DNA of 64,000 nucleotides, from NCBI GenBank assembly GCA_963818165.1, contig CAWFRD010000006.1, positions 152-64,151 on the forward strand. The letters are read 5' to 3'. The DNA is from an uncultured Alphaproteobacteria bacterium (GTDB lineage: Bacteria > Pseudomonadota > Alphaproteobacteria > Rhizobiales > Methyloligellaceae). Below are positions 62,154 to 64,000 of the stretch, one piece after another. A program made the translations under genes and the position numbers. The notes beneath the pieces were generated by a model. That model worked only from the letters and a program-made list of their open reading frames with translations, ran no database searches and was not told the origin of the DNA. Positions within the stretch are counted from its first letter, which is position 1. Every line of letters begins with the position of its first letter.

Positions 62154-62362
62154 CCATGTTGAAGCGCATAGGGGTTATCGTACTGGTCGCGATCGGTGGC
62201 GCGTCTTGCCTTGAGCTCGGCGAGCAACTCTCAATTCCCGGCATGTATGGGCTCGTTTCTAGTGCCGAAGCCAGAGTTGGCCGTCCGCTGACGCCGGTGA
62301 GCGTCGCAGGGGTCGCGCGGAGGTCGGCGCGGCGCTGTGCAGCGGGTGTTTACAACTGTTAG
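62150..62362 (+). CDS. small exported protein with RVGRPLTPVSVAGVARR motif
   Basis: AGGAG RBS; hydrophobic N-region; AEA cleavage-like site; Arg-rich tail with two Cys. Confidence 0.75.
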   Translation: MTMLKRIGVIVLVAIGGASCLELGEQLSIPGMYGLVSSAEARVGRPLTPVSVAGVARRSARRCAAGVYNC

Positions 62363-62773
62363 GGAAGGGGCTGGGACGCTTCGCGGCAGCGCCTGAAGAG
62401 CAGAGTTGTACGCGAAGCGCTTACCAGAGACGTGATCATCACCCTAACTGTGCCAGCTGCAGCACCGCCAAGAAAGCGATCGCGGCGTAAGCCAAAAGCG
62501 AAGCGGTGATCGGGCTCATCGTACCCCCTCAGTCTCTGATCGCACCGCACAGCGAGCGACGCAGCAACAGGCATGAGGTCCACGTCGCTCTGCTTGCTGG
62601 AGATCGCTCACAAGCTTCTAGTACGTTCGCTCCGCCGCATAGGAGACGGTCGGGTCTGTGCCGGAGAGGTATCGCGCGGCTCGTCCTGTGCGTAGTGCAA
62701 GCGCACGTCTTTGACGGTGCGAGGAAGTCGCCGCGGAGAAAAGCAGCGCGCTATGGGATTAGCTGCCCAAAAA

Positions 62774-62890
62774 ACGTCCGCTTCGGGTCATTAGCGGACA
62801 TAGGCGGGCGGATCAGGGATGTCTGCTTTACGCCTAAGAACGGACATGTGGAGCGGGGAAAGCGATGTCCGCTAAGTGCCGATAGCCGGA
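62774..62890. repeat. three tandem GTCCGC/GCGGAC palindromic units
   Basis: units start 62774, 62819, 62865; about 28 nt each. Confidence 0.75.
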
Positions 62891-62907
62891 AATCCAAGCA
62901 CGAGGCA

Positions 62908-62970
62908 TCAATTGGGCGCGCGGAGCCGGTAGCCGATGCATGTCTCGGTCAGAATGTTCTGAGGGCGTGT
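62908..62970 (-). pseudogene. C-terminal remnant of a KdpE-like response regulator
   Basis: minus frame reads TRPQNILTETCIGYRLRAPN-stop. Confidence 0.55.
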
Positions 62971-63118
62971 CTCGCTGGCTGCAAGTATCGCTGGCAGGGT
63001 GAACAGTTTGAGACGCGGGGTGAACCCTGTTTACGGATAATTGATTTGGTAGGTCACCAAAGAATGTGCTTTTTCCTTGGCTTGCCGTTCCTGCAAGTTC
63101 ATCCAAAGGAGACAAAGA

Positions 63119-63385
63119 ATGAGGAAATCTCTAGTCGCAGCCGTACTGATCGGTGCGTTCGCCACACCCGCGTTAGCCGTTCAAGCCGGGGGCGGGAAGT
63201 ACTTCGTGGGCCTCGACACCACTAGCCACAAATGCTCGGTCGTGACCGAGATGGCCCCGGGCATGAAAATGATGGGAGAGTATAATTCTAAGGAGGCCGC
63301 AGAGAAGGCCATGGCCGACATGAAAGAGTGCAAAGGCAGGAGATCGATTTGGGGCCGGCCTCACGGCCGGCCCTTTTTGCGCTAG
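63119..63385 (+). CDS. small secreted two-Cys, Met-rich protein
   Basis: GGAGA RBS; signal peptide ending ALA; KCSVV...KEC; true stop may be lost before the terminator. Confidence 0.7.
   Translation: MRKSLVAAVLIGAFATPALAVQAGGGKYFVGLDTTSHKCSVVTEMAPGMKMMGEYNSKEAAEKAMADMKECKGRRSIWGRPHGRPFLR
63351..63379 (+). terminator. intrinsic terminator
   Basis: GGGCCGGCC-tcac-GGCCGGCCC-TTTTT. Confidence 0.85.
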
Positions 63386-63495
63386 CATAGGGGGGATGTC
63401 GGATACGATGACCTTCCACGTCGCAGTACAAGGCGACGGCATCCTCGTCACCATTTCACGGCGACTTTCTGGACGCGGTACTCAACGCACACCAA

Positions 63496-64000
63496 TGACG
63501 CGCTCTCGTAAAATGTTCGGACGAACTCTGGCCCTTGCGGCGTTGGTCGGATCTGCGGGTATTGACGTCGTTCCTTTGACCCATGCTGAGCGCATTGCCG
63601 TCTCCCCTGAGCTATTGCAGCAGGCGAGCATAATCACGCCGGAAGGGGTCATGGTCGATCCGAACAACAAGGAAGAGCTCAAAAAATATGATAACCGCCA
63701 CGACCTTTCTGGGCTGGCGGATATCCTGCGAAAGGAATTTGGCGTAACGACGTCCCATCTAACTCAACTGATCGCGTGTACCGGCGCTGTGGTCTGCGGA
63801 GTACCGTCGGCAGACGGAAAGCGGATTAATATCTATCAGGGCAGCGGCAATATAGCGCTTCAGCCCAACATCCTTGTTACGGTCAAGCATGCGTTTCAGG
63901 ATTTAGGCACCGGGGCAGCTATTGCCGATCAAGTGTCGCTTTCATAACTGGAAAAATCCCAATGATCAAATTGCGGTGGTTCTTGATGATCCGTCCCAAC
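63496..64000 (+). CDS. secreted trypsin-like peptidase candidate, N-terminal part (frameshift near 63930, runs off window)
   Basis: signal-like N-terminus; TG.VVC, GSG, ILVTVKHAF resembles trypsin His motif; reading continues in another frame. Confidence 0.45.

Noticed and set aside
62774..62890. CRISPR array
   Set aside because: Units differ in sequence, linkers are only 17-18 nt, and no cas genes are in the window.

Overview
GC-rich alphaproteobacterial chromosome segment (Hyphomicrobiales; Methyloceanibacter-like by gene content, which is an inference). 0.2-25 kb is housekeeping: AsmA/DUF3971 protein, tyrS, an Irr/ICE-controlled iscS-sufBCDS-sufT-sufA operon, a DEAD-box helicase, parE, phoX, glnB-glnA and nnr. 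25-45 kb is a tetrahydromethanopterin (H4MPT)/methylofuran C1 cluster (mfnB, folB, orf21, orf20, orf19, orf9, orf17, fae, orf7, orf5, mch, orfY, mtdB, mptG, pcbD, fhcD, fhcC, pabB-pabC fusion), with no fhcA/fhcB in the window. 45-51 kb is the general stress response locus (ecfG, nepR, phyR, small regulon genes, msrB). It includes an unannotated EcfG-promoter-driven small RNA candidate with C-rich loops. 51.2-57.5 kb is a decayed phage-satellite-like element next to the 3' end of tRNA-Asn (DNA methyltransferase, HK97-like capsid, cos-like site, P27 small terminase, micro-ORFs with repeated terminators). 57.6-64 kb is an accessory zone with a class III cyclase, gene relics, a DUF2092 plus cationic peptide pair and tandem palindromes. 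Many single-base indels in short homopolymers break conserved genes and most likely reflect long-read assembly error. All family calls come from motif recognition, not database searches.
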